A stretch of DNA of 64,000 nt. Origin: Candidatus Bathyarchaeum tardum (GTDB lineage: Archaea > Thermoproteota > Bathyarchaeia > Bathyarchaeales > Bathyarchaeaceae). A model generated the notes under the pieces. It ran no database searches. It had not been told where the DNA came from and worked only from the letters and a program-made list of their open reading frames with translations. The stretch spans positions 544,001 to 608,000 of the forward strand of contig CP122380.1 of NCBI GenBank assembly GCA_024650005.2, written 5' to 3'. This document shows positions 49,787-59,927 of this stretch, one piece after another. Both the position numbers and the translations under genes were made by a program. Position 1 is the stretch's first letter. Every line of letters begins with the position of its first letter.

Positions 49787-51040
49787 TCACCTTTTTTTAG
49801 TTAGAACTTTCTGGGCTCTTAACCTGATTAACTCTGCGATTTCTCTTGCAGGTTTTTTTGTTTTCTTTGATATTCGTTTAACATCTTCAAATTCAGGTTT
49901 AACCCTAAGAATTTCTCCGTTGGTGTCTTTGGCAACTTTAACTGTTACTTTTTCCGTTGTGCTATCCAGTGGCAATTCCAGTTGAACAAGTTCACGGTTA
50001 ATTACAAGTCTTTCACAAGAGCAAATTCTAACACCAAGAGTCCCAGTTTCATCCATAATTACCCGGGATAAATGTTCAACATCTGCTTTATCGGCTATCA
50101 CTTTTAGAATCTGATTAGGTCTGCTCTTTTTGGTTACCCCCGAAAGCACGGTTACATCTTTTGCCCCCTCTTGGGTCAATACTTCGATAGTATGTCCAAG
50201 AATTTCTCCAGTAACATCGTCAAGGTTTGTTTCCAAAACAGCAACTTCTTCTTTCAAAAGCCCATAATCCACATTATTCCCAATAGTAATACGCAAAACA
50301 TTTGGGACACCTTCAAAGGTTTTAGTTCCTGCACCATAACCAACTTTCACGGGCACTATTGCGGGATAAAAACGGCTGACCTCATCAACTAAATTAACCA
50401 GTATTGCTGCTCCTGTTGGTGTAGCAAGCTCCTTTTCGATTGGTCCCCCTTGAATTGCAAACTGTTTAGACTGAAAAATTGCAAGAGTTGCTGGAGCTGG
50501 ACTGGACATGGTGCCATGAGAAAATTTGAACAATCCACCCCCAACGGAAACTGGGGTTGAATAGATTTTAGCATCAAACAATCCAAGATCATCTAAAGCA
50601 ACTGCAGCACCTATGATCTCTGCTGCAGTGTCCACAAGTCCCACTTCATGCATGTGGGTATGGTCCATGCTTGTGTTGTGTATCTTTGCTTCTGCTCCAA
50701 CAAGTGTCCGTATCGTGTTTGAAGCAAACTGTTTTGCTTTTGTTGAAATGTCCAAATTTTGAGAGCAAGTTTCTACAATTTCTATTAGTTTGGAACCCTG
50801 CATATGCAAAACAGTTTTGGCGGTTACGTCAATTGTTGTTGCTTTAACGTCTTTACTCATTGTTCGTTTGAGGTTAATTGAAATTTTTTCATATCCGTAA
50901 TTTGGGTTTTCCAACGACTTTATGGCTGTAGTTACTTTGTTTTTGTTTGCTCCAAGGTCAAGTAGAGCTGCTAAAACCATATCTCCTGCGACGCCTGCCA
51001 TTTGACAGTCGATAACTGCGATTTTGTTTAGTTTTGGCAT
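49787..51040 (-). CDS. larC: Nickel insertion protein LarC
   Basis: DCQMAGVAGDM, HMHEVG, PAPAT, TPTGAA, ETNLDD, KPEFED. Confidence 0.93.
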   Translation of the reverse strand: MPKLNKIAVIDCQMAGVAGDMVLAALLDLGANKNKVTTAIKSLENPNYGYEKISINLKRTMSKDVKATTIDVTAKTVLHMQGSKLIEIVETCSQNLDISTKAKQFASNTIRTLVGAEAKIHNTSMDHTHMHEVGLVDTAAEIIGAAVALDDLGLFDAKIYSTPVSVGGGLFKFSHGTMSSPAPATLAIFQSKQFAIQGGPIEKELATPTGAAILVNLVDEVSRFYPAIVPVKVGYGAGTKTFEGVPNVLRITIGNNVDYGLLKEEVAVLETNLDDVTGEILGHTIEVLTQEGAKDVTVLSGVTKKSRPNQILKVIADKADVEHLSRVIMDETGTLGVRICSCERLVINRELVQLELPLDSTTEKVTVKVAKDTNGEILRVKPEFEDVKRISKKTKKPAREIAELIRLRAQKVLTKKR

Positions 51041-51121
51041 GGGATTCACACAATCAGTTATTTTAATGGGAGTTGTAATAGTGATATAATTGTTTATGTT
51101 CTTAAGGAGTCTGAATTCAAT

Positions 51122-51904
51122 ATGTACACGTTGCGGGAAATTCTTGAAAAAGTTGCACAAAACCAAGTTTCTGTTGCTGAAGCTGAAAAATTGCTAAGAA
51201 TATTGGCAATTGACGAAATTGAAAACGTAGCAAACATCGATAGCCACCGAGAGTTACGCAAAGGAGTACCCGAGGTTATATTGGCAGATGGAAAAGACAC
51301 CGAGCATTTAACCGAAATTGTAACTAAAATGCTAGAAACCCGTGGTCGTTCAATAATAAGTAGATGTAATCCGCAACAAATTGAAGCAATCAGGGCTGTA
51401 ATTCCAAGTGATGTATTATTGCAGGTTTTTGATGACGCTCGGATGATGGTAGTCCAAAAGAAAGACTTTGTTGTTTCAGCTACTGGTGGAAAAGTCGGAA
51501 TAATTACTGCTGGAACTTCTGATATTGCGGTTGCTGAGGAAGCCAAAATTATCTGTAAATCTATGGGCTGTGAAGTAATTTCTTCATACGATATCGGCGT
51601 AGCAGGAATTCATCGGTTAATCGCTCCTATGAAAAATATGATAATGGAAGATATTGATGTCCTTGTTGTCGTTGCAGGCAGGGAAGGTGCATTACCGTCA
51701 GTGGTTGCTGGAATTGTTGATGTCCCAGTTATTGCAGTTCCAACCTCAAACAGCTACGGTTTAGGAGAAAAAGGAGCAAGCACCCTTATGGCAATGCTTC
51801 AATCTTGCTCGTTAGGTTTGGCAGTTGTTAATATCGACAGCGGAGTCGCAGCAGGGGCAGTAGCTACCTTGATTGCTAATCGTGCAGCAAAATTTAGAAC
51901 GTGA
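51122..51904 (+). CDS. larB: Nickel-pincer cofactor carboxylase/hydrolase LarB
   Basis: AGTSDIAVAEEA, DIGVAGIHRL, AGREGALPSVV, VVNID. Confidence 0.95.
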   Translation: MYTLREILEKVAQNQVSVAEAEKLLRILAIDEIENVANIDSHRELRKGVPEVILADGKDTEHLTEIVTKMLETRGRSIISRCNPQQIEAIRAVIPSDVLLQVFDDARMMVVQKKDFVVSATGGKVGIITAGTSDIAVAEEAKIICKSMGCEVISSYDIGVAGIHRLIAPMKNMIMEDIDVLVVVAGREGALPSVVAGIVDVPVIAVPTSNSYGLGEKGASTLMAMLQSCSLGLAVVNIDSGVAAGAVATLIANRAAKFRT

Positions 51905-51971
51905 ATAAATTCCTTAAGTTTATTATTGCCTTTAGACTATTTTTGATTTGATTATTGCTGGAGAACTGATT

Positions 51972-52934
51972 ATGGATAGAATTGGTTTAGTTACAAGCGG
52001 TGGTGACGCCCCTGGAATGAACGCTGCCATCCGAGCGGTTACTCGTGTTTCTTGCTCTAAACTCATGGAAGTATTAGGTTTTGAACGTGGATGGGATGGA
52101 ATAATTTCGAATAAATTCAGAGTATTAACTCCACGTAATGTGGGCGGCATCCTACACATTGGAGGAACCATTTTAAGAACTTCACGTAGTCCAGAGTTCA
52201 GAACCCCCGAAGGATTAAACAAAGCGGCAGAAAACCTTGCTGCTAATGGCGTTGAAGGTTTGATCGTTGTTGGTGGCGATGGCTCTATGAAGGGGGCATT
52301 AGCATTAAGTGAAGTCTCAGATATTGCAGTTATTGGCATTCCTGCAACAATAGATAATGACGTTTACGGAACTGAAGAAACCATAGGTTTTGATACAGCA
52401 GTAAACACGGCAATTAATGAAATCGACAAAATCAGAGATACTGCAAACGCTCATGAACGGATTTTTGTTGTGGAAGTCATGGGGCGTAACCGGGGTTTTC
52501 TTGCCTTGAACATCGGGTTGACTGTCGGGGCTGAAATAATTTTGGTTCCTGAAGTTGAATATGATGCAAAAACAGTTGCTGAAACTTTGAAATTAAACCG
52601 GGACATTGGCAAAAAATCGGGCATTATTGTTGCTGCAGAAGGAATTGGTGACACACGTAAACTGATAACTGAGCTAGAAACAATGGCTGGTGTGGATGTT
52701 AGGCTAAGTGTTATGGGTTATGCTCAGAGAGGAGGTAATCCATCAGCTAGGAGTCGTTTGTTAGCAAATTTGTTTGCTGATAAAGCGGTAGACCTTCTCA
52801 AGAATGGGGAACGAAACAAAATGGTTGCCCTGCAAAACGGAAGAGTAACTACCATCGGTTTACATGAAGTCACTTCAAACCAAAAACAGTTAGACCTATA
52901 TTTGATGCAGTTGGCTCAAACCTTAGCAATATAA
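51972..52934 (+). CDS. pfkA: ATP-dependent 6-phosphofructokinase (bacterial PfkA type)
   Basis: TSGGDAPGMNAAIR, GGDGS, PATIDND, EVMGR, GYAQRGG. Confidence 0.95.
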   Translation: MDRIGLVTSGGDAPGMNAAIRAVTRVSCSKLMEVLGFERGWDGIISNKFRVLTPRNVGGILHIGGTILRTSRSPEFRTPEGLNKAAENLAANGVEGLIVVGGDGSMKGALALSEVSDIAVIGIPATIDNDVYGTEETIGFDTAVNTAINEIDKIRDTANAHERIFVVEVMGRNRGFLALNIGLTVGAEIILVPEVEYDAKTVAETLKLNRDIGKKSGIIVAAEGIGDTRKLITELETMAGVDVRLSVMGYAQRGGNPSARSRLLANLFADKAVDLLKNGERNKMVALQNGRVTTIGLHEVTSNQKQLDLYLMQLAQTLAI

Positions 52935-53017
52935 TTTGATTTCCTATCAATGAGTTTGTTCAACAAAGTTATTAAATTCTTGTAACAATGGAAAATACTG
53001 TCTAAAGGGTGAACTAA

Positions 53018-53500
53018 CTGAAAACACTTGTAGTTTATTTTTCGTTAACTGGAAACACAAAATTTGTTGCAGAAAAAATTGCAGAACAATTTGGTGCAGA
53101 TTTATGCGAAGTTACTGATAAAACTTTCAAAGTAGGAAAAATGCTTTTCATCAAGGGGGGAATGGCTGCTATGCGTGAAAAGCTTTCAGATATTGAAGCT
53201 GTAGAATCCATTGAAGATTATGATTTAGTTATTGTAGGTTCGCCTGTGTGGGCTGGAAAGATCGCACCTCCAATTCGAACCTTTTTGGTTAACAATAATT
53301 TTTCAGGCAAACAAGTTGCATTTTTTGTTAGCATAGGTGGAGATAAACCCGAAAAAACTTTTGAGAACCTCAAAAAAACAACGGAACTAGAAGCTGTAAT
53401 TGATGGGTTAGGTGTTACGCAACCCTTGCAAAATATGGCAGATGCAGAAGCTCAGATAACTGAATGGTGCAATAATCTGTTGAACAAAATCAACGCTTAG
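53018..53500 (+). CDS. Flavodoxin family protein (CTG start)
   Basis: CTG-KTLVVYFSLTGNT FMN-binding loop upstream of the track start; VIVGSPVWAG. Confidence 0.88.
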   Translation: MKTLVVYFSLTGNTKFVAEKIAEQFGADLCEVTDKTFKVGKMLFIKGGMAAMREKLSDIEAVESIEDYDLVIVGSPVWAGKIAPPIRTFLVNNNFSGKQVAFFVSIGGDKPEKTFENLKKTTELEAVIDGLGVTQPLQNMADAEAQITEWCNNLLNKINA

Positions 53501-53603
53501 CGGGTTATCGCTCGAAAAATATGTCACAAAAAAATTGAAGTAAACAAAGAAAAAAATTGAAAGTAGTTGAGTTAACGACTACTTGTTTTTGTCTGTGGTG
53601 TGT

Positions 53604-54371
53604 TTAGCTGTTTCCGTTGACTACAATTTCAAAGTTAAAGTTCTCTATTCCATTAACACTTTGGGACACGGTTAACATTAGTCGAACTCGCACAGATTGG
53701 TTTGGTTCAAGTGCTTGTCCATTATAATCCCATCTTAACGAGATGTAATTAGGTGCATTTGACGGGTTCCAACTGGTTGTATCTAGAGTTAATGTTAACG
53801 GAACGTTTCCTTCATTTTTCACGTACACTGTGTTTGTTATAGTTCCTCCTGGTACAATGTTTCCCCATGGCAACGATGATATAAGTGCAGTGCAACTGGA
53901 GTCGCCATACACGTTAAGCCCTGCAGTCTGAGTTTGAATTTGAACTGTTCCATAACTGTATATGTTACTTTTAGTGAAATATTGCGCACTAATTGTAGTT
54001 AAAAAGAACACATTCAAAATTGCACTTACTGCAATCGTTGAGATTAGTATCGTCCTTTTCTGTTTTTGTGTAACATGTACACTCACTTTGTGGGGAGCAT
54101 TTGATATTCCAGCTTTGGCTTTGTTTTTTACTTGGGCTGCCATAGTTTGCATTTTTGCAGATATTTTTGGTTTTAAATGTGTGCTTGATTGTTTGAATTT
54201 AGTTGTAGTGTTTGATAAAATGGCTGATAAGATGTGTTTTGTTTTTTGGGTAATTGCAAACTTTGGTTTGTTTTTATTAAAGACATTTTTTGGTTTTTTT
54301 GCATATAACGTCATTTTGCAACTAATAAATTTGAATGCTTTCACCAGTTTTTCTTTGACTTCTTTTTTCAA
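53604..54371 (-). CDS. Hypothetical protein: basic N-terminus, single TM, C-terminal Ig-like domain
   Basis: Lys-rich N-terminus, TM, VYVKNEGNVPLTL. Confidence 0.7.
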   Translation of the reverse strand: MKKEVKEKLVKAFKFISCKMTLYAKKPKNVFNKNKPKFAITQKTKHILSAILSNTTTKFKQSSTHLKPKISAKMQTMAAQVKNKAKAGISNAPHKVSVHVTQKQKRTILISTIAVSAILNVFFLTTISAQYFTKSNIYSYGTVQIQTQTAGLNVYGDSSCTALISSLPWGNIVPGGTITNTVYVKNEGNVPLTLTLDTTSWNPSNAPNYISLRWDYNGQALEPNQSVRVRLMLTVSQSVNGIENFNFEIVVNGNS

Positions 54372-54548
54372 CTTTTAATATCCTCTGTTTTTGCTGATTT
54401 GCCCTTGTGTTTTTTTGTTGAAAATTAAGGGTTTTTGAAAAATCTAATTTTGTATTTTGCAAATTCTGTTTTGCATAAAAAAAATAGCACTTTTTTATAT
54501 TAATAAGTAATAAAAATTAAACTAATCGTATATTCAAGGAAAAAATTA

Positions 54549-55244
54549 TTATATTTTTATTACGGTTGTTCTAGAGTATTTGTCCAAAAATTTAATGAAA
54601 CGCTCGTCATGTAACCTATAACCGAGAATCAAATCAATAGGTAACAAAAAGCATTTGCCAAAATTTCTCACTGCGGCAGCGTCGTAAGTCATTTTTTTGC
54701 TGGTTAAACTTACTGTTTTAATCATAAACATGGATTTTCCTACTGTCTGTCCTGCAAAGCCTTCAAGAAGAGTTGAGTATATCCAGAGTACTCCTAAAAA
54801 CAAAAAGAAGTTTTGTTGATACGCAAATTGTCCACTGAACAAAACCAGCACTTCAGCAATTAACGTGGTTGCAACAGTTATAGTGAATGCCACTCCCATG
54901 TCAAAAAGAAATGCCATGGCTCTTCTCGAAAATTTTGCGATATGCTGGCTTGTTTGATGTTCCAGAAAATCAACATCCACTGAAAGGGCTTCAACATCTT
55001 TGAGTAAGCGTAAGGCGTTTTGACCAAGTCTATTTAGTTTGTAGTTTCCCTTGGGTGTTTGTTCTAAAAACTGTTTTAAATTTCTAAGATGAAAACTCAT
55101 TTTTCCAGTGTCAATTTCAAGAGCATTCATCAATTCTGAGAAAGACTGTTCTTTTTGTTCATCAAGTTGGATCAAAATGTCTCGTCGAATTTTATGGGAT
55201 AAGATAAGCAAAATTTTTGAAACATTTTCTTCATTTTGAACCAT
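54549..55244 (-). CDS. ArsR-like HTH fused to RDD membrane domain
   Basis: LSHKIRRDIL...SFHLRNL; RRAMAFLFD, GQTVGK, DKYSRTTVI. Confidence 0.85.
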   Translation of the reverse strand: MVQNEENVSKILLILSHKIRRDILIQLDEQKEQSFSELMNALEIDTGKMSFHLRNLKQFLEQTPKGNYKLNRLGQNALRLLKDVEALSVDVDFLEHQTSQHIAKFSRRAMAFLFDMGVAFTITVATTLIAEVLVLFSGQFAYQQNFFLFLGVLWIYSTLLEGFAGQTVGKSMFMIKTVSLTSKKMTYDAAAVRNFGKCFLLPIDLILGYRLHDERFIKFLDKYSRTTVIKI

Positions 55245-55834
55245 CTTTTATCCTCCTCAAAACTTGTCTTTTTGAGAAAAAACTTGTGTGACTGCCTTAT
55301 CCCTCTTGTTTAGTTGCACCAAACTTGATTTAATGTTTTTGTTTTTTTAGAACATTATCAATGACTTAACTAATTAACTTCTAAATAATTTAACTTGAAA
55401 AATTGTAAATTTGATTGTTTTATTGCGTTTTAATTTCATTTTGTAAGTTGGTTCTTTGTTGTTTTTAGGTATTCTTTGGTGTTTCATAAATGCTAAGTCA
55501 TGTTCAATGGTAGCGTTCATCTGACTGTTGTTATTGGGATTTCATTTAGATTGTAATTAAAGTTGATTAAAATGTTGTTACTAATTGCTTGAGAAATAAT
55601 TTGATTTTTTCAGTGATGTTTTCTTTAATTGCAATTGCTGAGTTTTGGTTTGCTTTTTAAATATCAAAATAAAAAGGTGGCCGTAATTGACAAACATTTC
55701 AATAACTTAATCAGAATCGAATGTCCTTGCTGTGATACCTTTACTCGACTAATCTTCTTCATGAGTGCCCAAATTTGTAAATAAAACGCTCAGAACATTC
55801 TTTTTGCAGATTTGTTCTAATCTCTTTTCGTCTT

Positions 55835-56227
55835 TTATTGTATTGTGACTTGTTTGGGTTTGGTATCGAATGCTGTTTTCAAACTACTTATATAATTGAT
55901 GAAATCTAAATCGTCAAAATTTTTGTACTCTAACATAATATCTTGGTTGACCACTTTCACTTTGGAATATAATTTTTCCATTATTTTTTGTTCCAGCAAA
56001 ACGGCTCCGAATTTGAACATGTCCCTAAGTAACGTTTGAAATTTTTGAACATCTTTTGCAAACTCATTTTTTGTAATGCCGTATCCATTTTCTGCAAAAT
56101 AATAAATGCTGTTCGCACCTTTTTCCCCTAACATTTCAACTAAAACTTCGTTAATTGATGCACATAGCATCTCATCAAACTTTGTTCTGTTTTCAATTGT
56201 TGCAATGTTTTTTTCCAACAAAATCAC
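55835..56227 (-). CDS. Small helical protein (DUF3227-like)
   Basis: Similar pattern to 18696-19031. Confidence 0.55.
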   Translation of the reverse strand: MILLEKNIATIENRTKFDEMLCASINEVLVEMLGEKGANSIYYFAENGYGITKNEFAKDVQKFQTLLRDMFKFGAVLLEQKIMEKLYSKVKVVNQDIMLEYKNFDDLDFINYISSLKTAFDTKPKQVTIQ

Positions 56228-56234
56228 CCACTTT

Positions 56235-56609
56235 TTACAACATTTTGATTTTATGATACTGTAAACCCAGTTCTTTCAACCTGTTTTTTGTTTCAAACAA
56301 ATTGGAGAGCTTGTAATGCGTTTTGTGCGGAAGAGACATCCTTTCTTTTTTGAACAATCTTCGAAACAACATTTTTTTATGTAGATATGTGTAACTACAG
56401 CCACATTGGAACCCAACAATTCCTCTATCTTTTACAAACAGAGTATGTGCCCGCTGTGAGGGGCATTTCATCTTTTTTTTATGCAGTTCGAATGCTAAAA
56501 CTAGATCTTCTAATGCTAATGGTTGCAATGTTTCTGCTTTAAAAAAATACCATCTGCTGTATGCGCCTAGGCTGAGCCAAATGCTTGCGAGTAGTAGTTC
56601 CCAGAACAT
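56235..56609 (-). CDS. Hypothetical protein with N-terminal TM and Cys/His motif
   Basis: TM followed by H...C...CGC. Confidence 0.6.
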   Translation of the reverse strand: MFWELLLASIWLSLGAYSRWYFFKAETLQPLALEDLVLAFELHKKKMKCPSQRAHTLFVKDRGIVGFQCGCSYTYLHKKMLFRRLFKKERMSLPHKTHYKLSNLFETKNRLKELGLQYHKIKML

Positions 56610-57573
56610 GTGTTTTTTCTTCCCAACTGTTTATATGTGCTACAAATCAACAATATGTCTTTTTTCAGACATATTTTAATATTTCGATAACCATCTGGAT
56701 ATATAAATATTTTGAAACAAAATTTTTAAGACAATCATGTTTTATTCAATAATATGGGATAAAAATACATTGTTAGGATCAACCCAATTACTAAAATCAA
56801 TCTGATTGCATGTTACTATGAAATAATTGTTCTAGACTATGAAATTTGTTATATTCATTTAAACGATTCATTTTACACCTGGAATTTTGAACCACCCCTG
56901 ATTTATTGAATTACTTGATGCTGATCAAAACATCTGATTTTTCAAAAACCAAATCGAAAAAAATAAATTATTAATTAAGTTAACAAAGTGATGCAGGCTG
57001 GACAAGATTTGATTGCAAAAAATAAAGAAATAGATTACCGCAGTTTACTTCTTCTGTGAATACGATTATTATCAGTTTTCTCGATTTTGGCAATTTCTAT
57101 AATTTTTGATTTCATTTGTATTCTTGCATCTGCATTTGGTCTTATGAATATTGTTTTAACCAACAAAGAAAAATCACATGGATCTTATTATAAGAAAAAA
57201 CAGTTTCTAGGGTATATTAACTCGCCAAAGCCATAACAAGTCCAAAAACTGCAAGAACCCTTCAAAAAGTACTTTTTTGAGCATAAAATCCCGTGATACC
57301 GTTCTGAAGTTTGGTTAAATGCTCAAAAGCTAATTTATCGCATCGCTTAGAAATGGTTCATTTTTTCATTTTTTATGAAACATAATTATTGAGCGAACCT
57401 TTGTGCTTGGATGAGTATCATGTCATGTCGGCGGAGATTATTGACGGTCGTTAAACTCATTTGAATGAACAAATGGTTTCAAAATTTTTCAGGTTGAAAT
57501 TTATAGAATAAAAAATGGAAAAAAGTATACTTTTTTCCTCTTTTACATCACGCTTTTTTGTTGGTTAAACATG

Positions 57574-57978
57574 TTAGGGATCTAAAAGGCCTTTTACGTA
57601 AGCACCAATGAACATTGCTAGAATTCCAAGTAAGATTGGATAATTGCCTGTACCAAGGCTTGCTACTGCTGAGCCAGGACATTGACCTGAGAGTCCCCAT
57701 CCAATTCCAAAGATAATTGCTCCAATTATAATTTTCCACGACAGAATCCTGCGTCTTGGTTTGAATACGCTTCCGAGAACTGGTTTCTTTTGATATTTTG
57801 CTAAAACGTTAATTGAAAAGGCTGCGACCAATGCTGCACCCCCTAAGACGAAAATGAGTCCAAAATCTTTGAATTGTAAGAAACTTAGCACAATTTCTTG
57901 TTTGGTCATTCCACTGTATGATAAACCGAAACCGAATAGAATGCCACCAATTAGTACGATTATGTTTCTTTTGTTCAT
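57574..57978 (-). CDS. YeeE/YedE-family sulfur transport protein (short form)
   Basis: GILFGFGL...GM; FGIGWGLSGQCPG. Confidence 0.9.
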   Translation of the reverse strand: MNKRNIIVLIGGILFGFGLSYSGMTKQEIVLSFLQFKDFGLIFVLGGAALVAAFSINVLAKYQKKPVLGSVFKPRRRILSWKIIIGAIIFGIGWGLSGQCPGSAVASLGTGNYPILLGILAMFIGAYVKGLLDP

Positions 57979-58436
57979 GGTGAAACCCCCAACATCTGAA
58001 CGATGTTTGCTATAACTATAGCGACTCCCATAAAGACGATAACAGCGTAAAGAGATGTTTTAGAAAGTGATGCTAATCCGCTTATTCCATGTCCTGAGGT
58101 ACATCCACTAGAAAGTCTTGTTCCAAAGCCTACAAGCAATCCGCCTAGAATTAATCGCCACAATTGTACGGAGGTTATCCAAAATCCAGTTGGTGAAATA
58201 GTAAGAGTGTGAATAAATGCTCCAATTACTAAACCAGTAGCCAGAGTTAATCTCCAGCCTCTTTCTTTGATGTTTGTTTCTTTCTGGAAATGTTTTAGTT
58301 TAGAAAACCATGATAATGTTGTTGTAAAAAAGCTACTTTGTGTTGCATGAAGCCCGGTTATTAGATATATTAGTCCTACTCCTACTCCAATTATTATTCC
58401 GCCCACTAAATATTGTTCTATTCCAAGAGGAAACAT
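57975..58436 (-). CDS. YeeE/YedE-family sulfur transport protein (short form)
   Basis: GLLVGFGTRLSSGCTSGHGISG. Confidence 0.9.
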   Translation of the reverse strand: MFPLGIEQYLVGGIIIGVGVGLIYLITGLHATQSSFFTTTLSWFSKLKHFQKETNIKERGWRLTLATGLVIGAFIHTLTISPTGFWITSVQLWRLILGGLLVGFGTRLSSGCTSGHGISGLASLSKTSLYAVIVFMGVAIVIANIVQMLGVSP

Positions 58437-58493
58437 GAATATTCCTGATGTTGCGTTTTTAATTTAAGCTTTTTCTAGTGGTTAATGTAGCAG

Positions 58494-59855
58494 TTATTTA
58501 GTTAATTTGAAACCAGCTTTGACCCATGCTTCAGTTCCACCTAAACAGTTATAGACGTTTTCAAATCCTGCTCTCAGCAATATGCTTGTTCCAAAACTGG
58601 ACCTGTTTCCTGTTTTACACAAAACAACTATTGTTTTGTCTCTCGGAACTTTATCTATCTGTTTTGGAATGTGCCCTAGGTAAATATGCATTGCACCTTG
58701 AATATGTCCTTCATTCCATTCGTTTTCTCGTCGAACATCTAAGATTGTAATTTCTTGCTTTGAATCAATCATCTTTTTGAGTTCATGAACTGTTATTAAC
58801 CCATTTTTGGGGATAGGTATCCCTTGTTTATACCAAGCTTCTATGCCCCCGCCTAAGTATCCTTCAATTTTATCAAAGCCTAGCCTCAAAAGGTTTTTAA
58901 CTGCAAATTCCAGCGCTTTTATGTTTTCGACAACTAACAAAATTGTTTTGTTGTAGTCTGCAATCCAGCCTACATTTGATAGTCTTTTAGGTGGCAAGCT
59001 GAAGGAGTCTTTTATATGTGCAGCTCCAAACGCATCTGGAGTTCTTGTGTCAATAATGTAAGCAGTTTCAACAGTTTTCATAAATTCTGACGGTGTTAAA
59101 GGATGTGGCATTGTTATTGTTCCTAAAATTGGAGGTCCATTAAGATTGTAAGCTTCCATTTGCTTGAAATATGGTGGAGTTTGGTGTCGTTCAGTTGTTT
59201 TTTGTTTGATAAAATTGTCTTTGCTAAGATTTAACATTGGGTTTGTTTTCTTTTCGATTCCAATTGTGCTTATTTCTCTTTGCCTTATTTTTCCACCACA
59301 GACTGACCCTGCACCATGGGAAGGGCACACTATTACTCCTTCGCCTAAAGGAAAAAGCTTGTTTGTTATGCTATTATACATTTTTTCAGACATTACAGGT
59401 GTCATTTTTTCTCCAAGAAAATCGGTTCTTCCAACATCTCCTACAAAAAGTGTATCTCCTGTAAACACCATTACCGGTTCTTCTCCACTTTCGTTGTCAT
59501 ATAATACGTAACTTGTGCTTTCTGGAGAATGACCTGGCGTGTGTAATGCTTTAATTTTTAGTGCCCCTATCTGAATTTGTTGGTTGTCTTCTATGGTTTT
59601 GCCGAATCCCCAAGGCAGACCTGTGCCATGAAATATTGTGGCTCCTGTGAGTTTTGCTAGTTCTAAAGAGCCAGTCACGTAGTCCTCATTTCTGTGAGTT
59701 TCAAAAATGTAGTTTATTTTTGCGCCCCATTTGTTGGCTATTTTTAGATATATCTCACAGTCTCTTCGGGGGTCTATTACTGCTGCTTCATTATTGTTTC
59801 CTATTATGTATGAGAGGTGTGATATGATCTCTGATTTTATTGTTTGAATTAACAT
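58494..59855 (-). CDS. MBL-fold hydrolase fused to two rhodanese domains
   Basis: ETHRNEDYV, HTPGHS, FTGDTLFVGDVGR, PSHGAGSVCG, VLCKTGNRS. Confidence 0.92.
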   Translation of the reverse strand: MLIQTIKSEIISHLSYIIGNNNEAAVIDPRRDCEIYLKIANKWGAKINYIFETHRNEDYVTGSLELAKLTGATIFHGTGLPWGFGKTIEDNQQIQIGALKIKALHTPGHSPESTSYVLYDNESGEEPVMVFTGDTLFVGDVGRTDFLGEKMTPVMSEKMYNSITNKLFPLGEGVIVCPSHGAGSVCGGKIRQREISTIGIEKKTNPMLNLSKDNFIKQKTTERHQTPPYFKQMEAYNLNGPPILGTITMPHPLTPSEFMKTVETAYIIDTRTPDAFGAAHIKDSFSLPPKRLSNVGWIADYNKTILLVVENIKALEFAVKNLLRLGFDKIEGYLGGGIEAWYKQGIPIPKNGLITVHELKKMIDSKQEITILDVRRENEWNEGHIQGAMHIYLGHIPKQIDKVPRDKTIVVLCKTGNRSSFGTSILLRAGFENVYNCLGGTEAWVKAGFKLTK

Positions 59856-59927
59856 TGTGACAAAACCATTTTGTATTGAACTGAAGTTTTACTTAAGATT
59901 TTTCGGTTGCTTATTTATGTACATTTT

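Noticed and set aside
56620-57540. Long AT-rich gap; possible origin, CRISPR or decayed gene
   Set aside because: No repeat-spacer array, ORB-like repeats or recognisable protein remnant that I can support.
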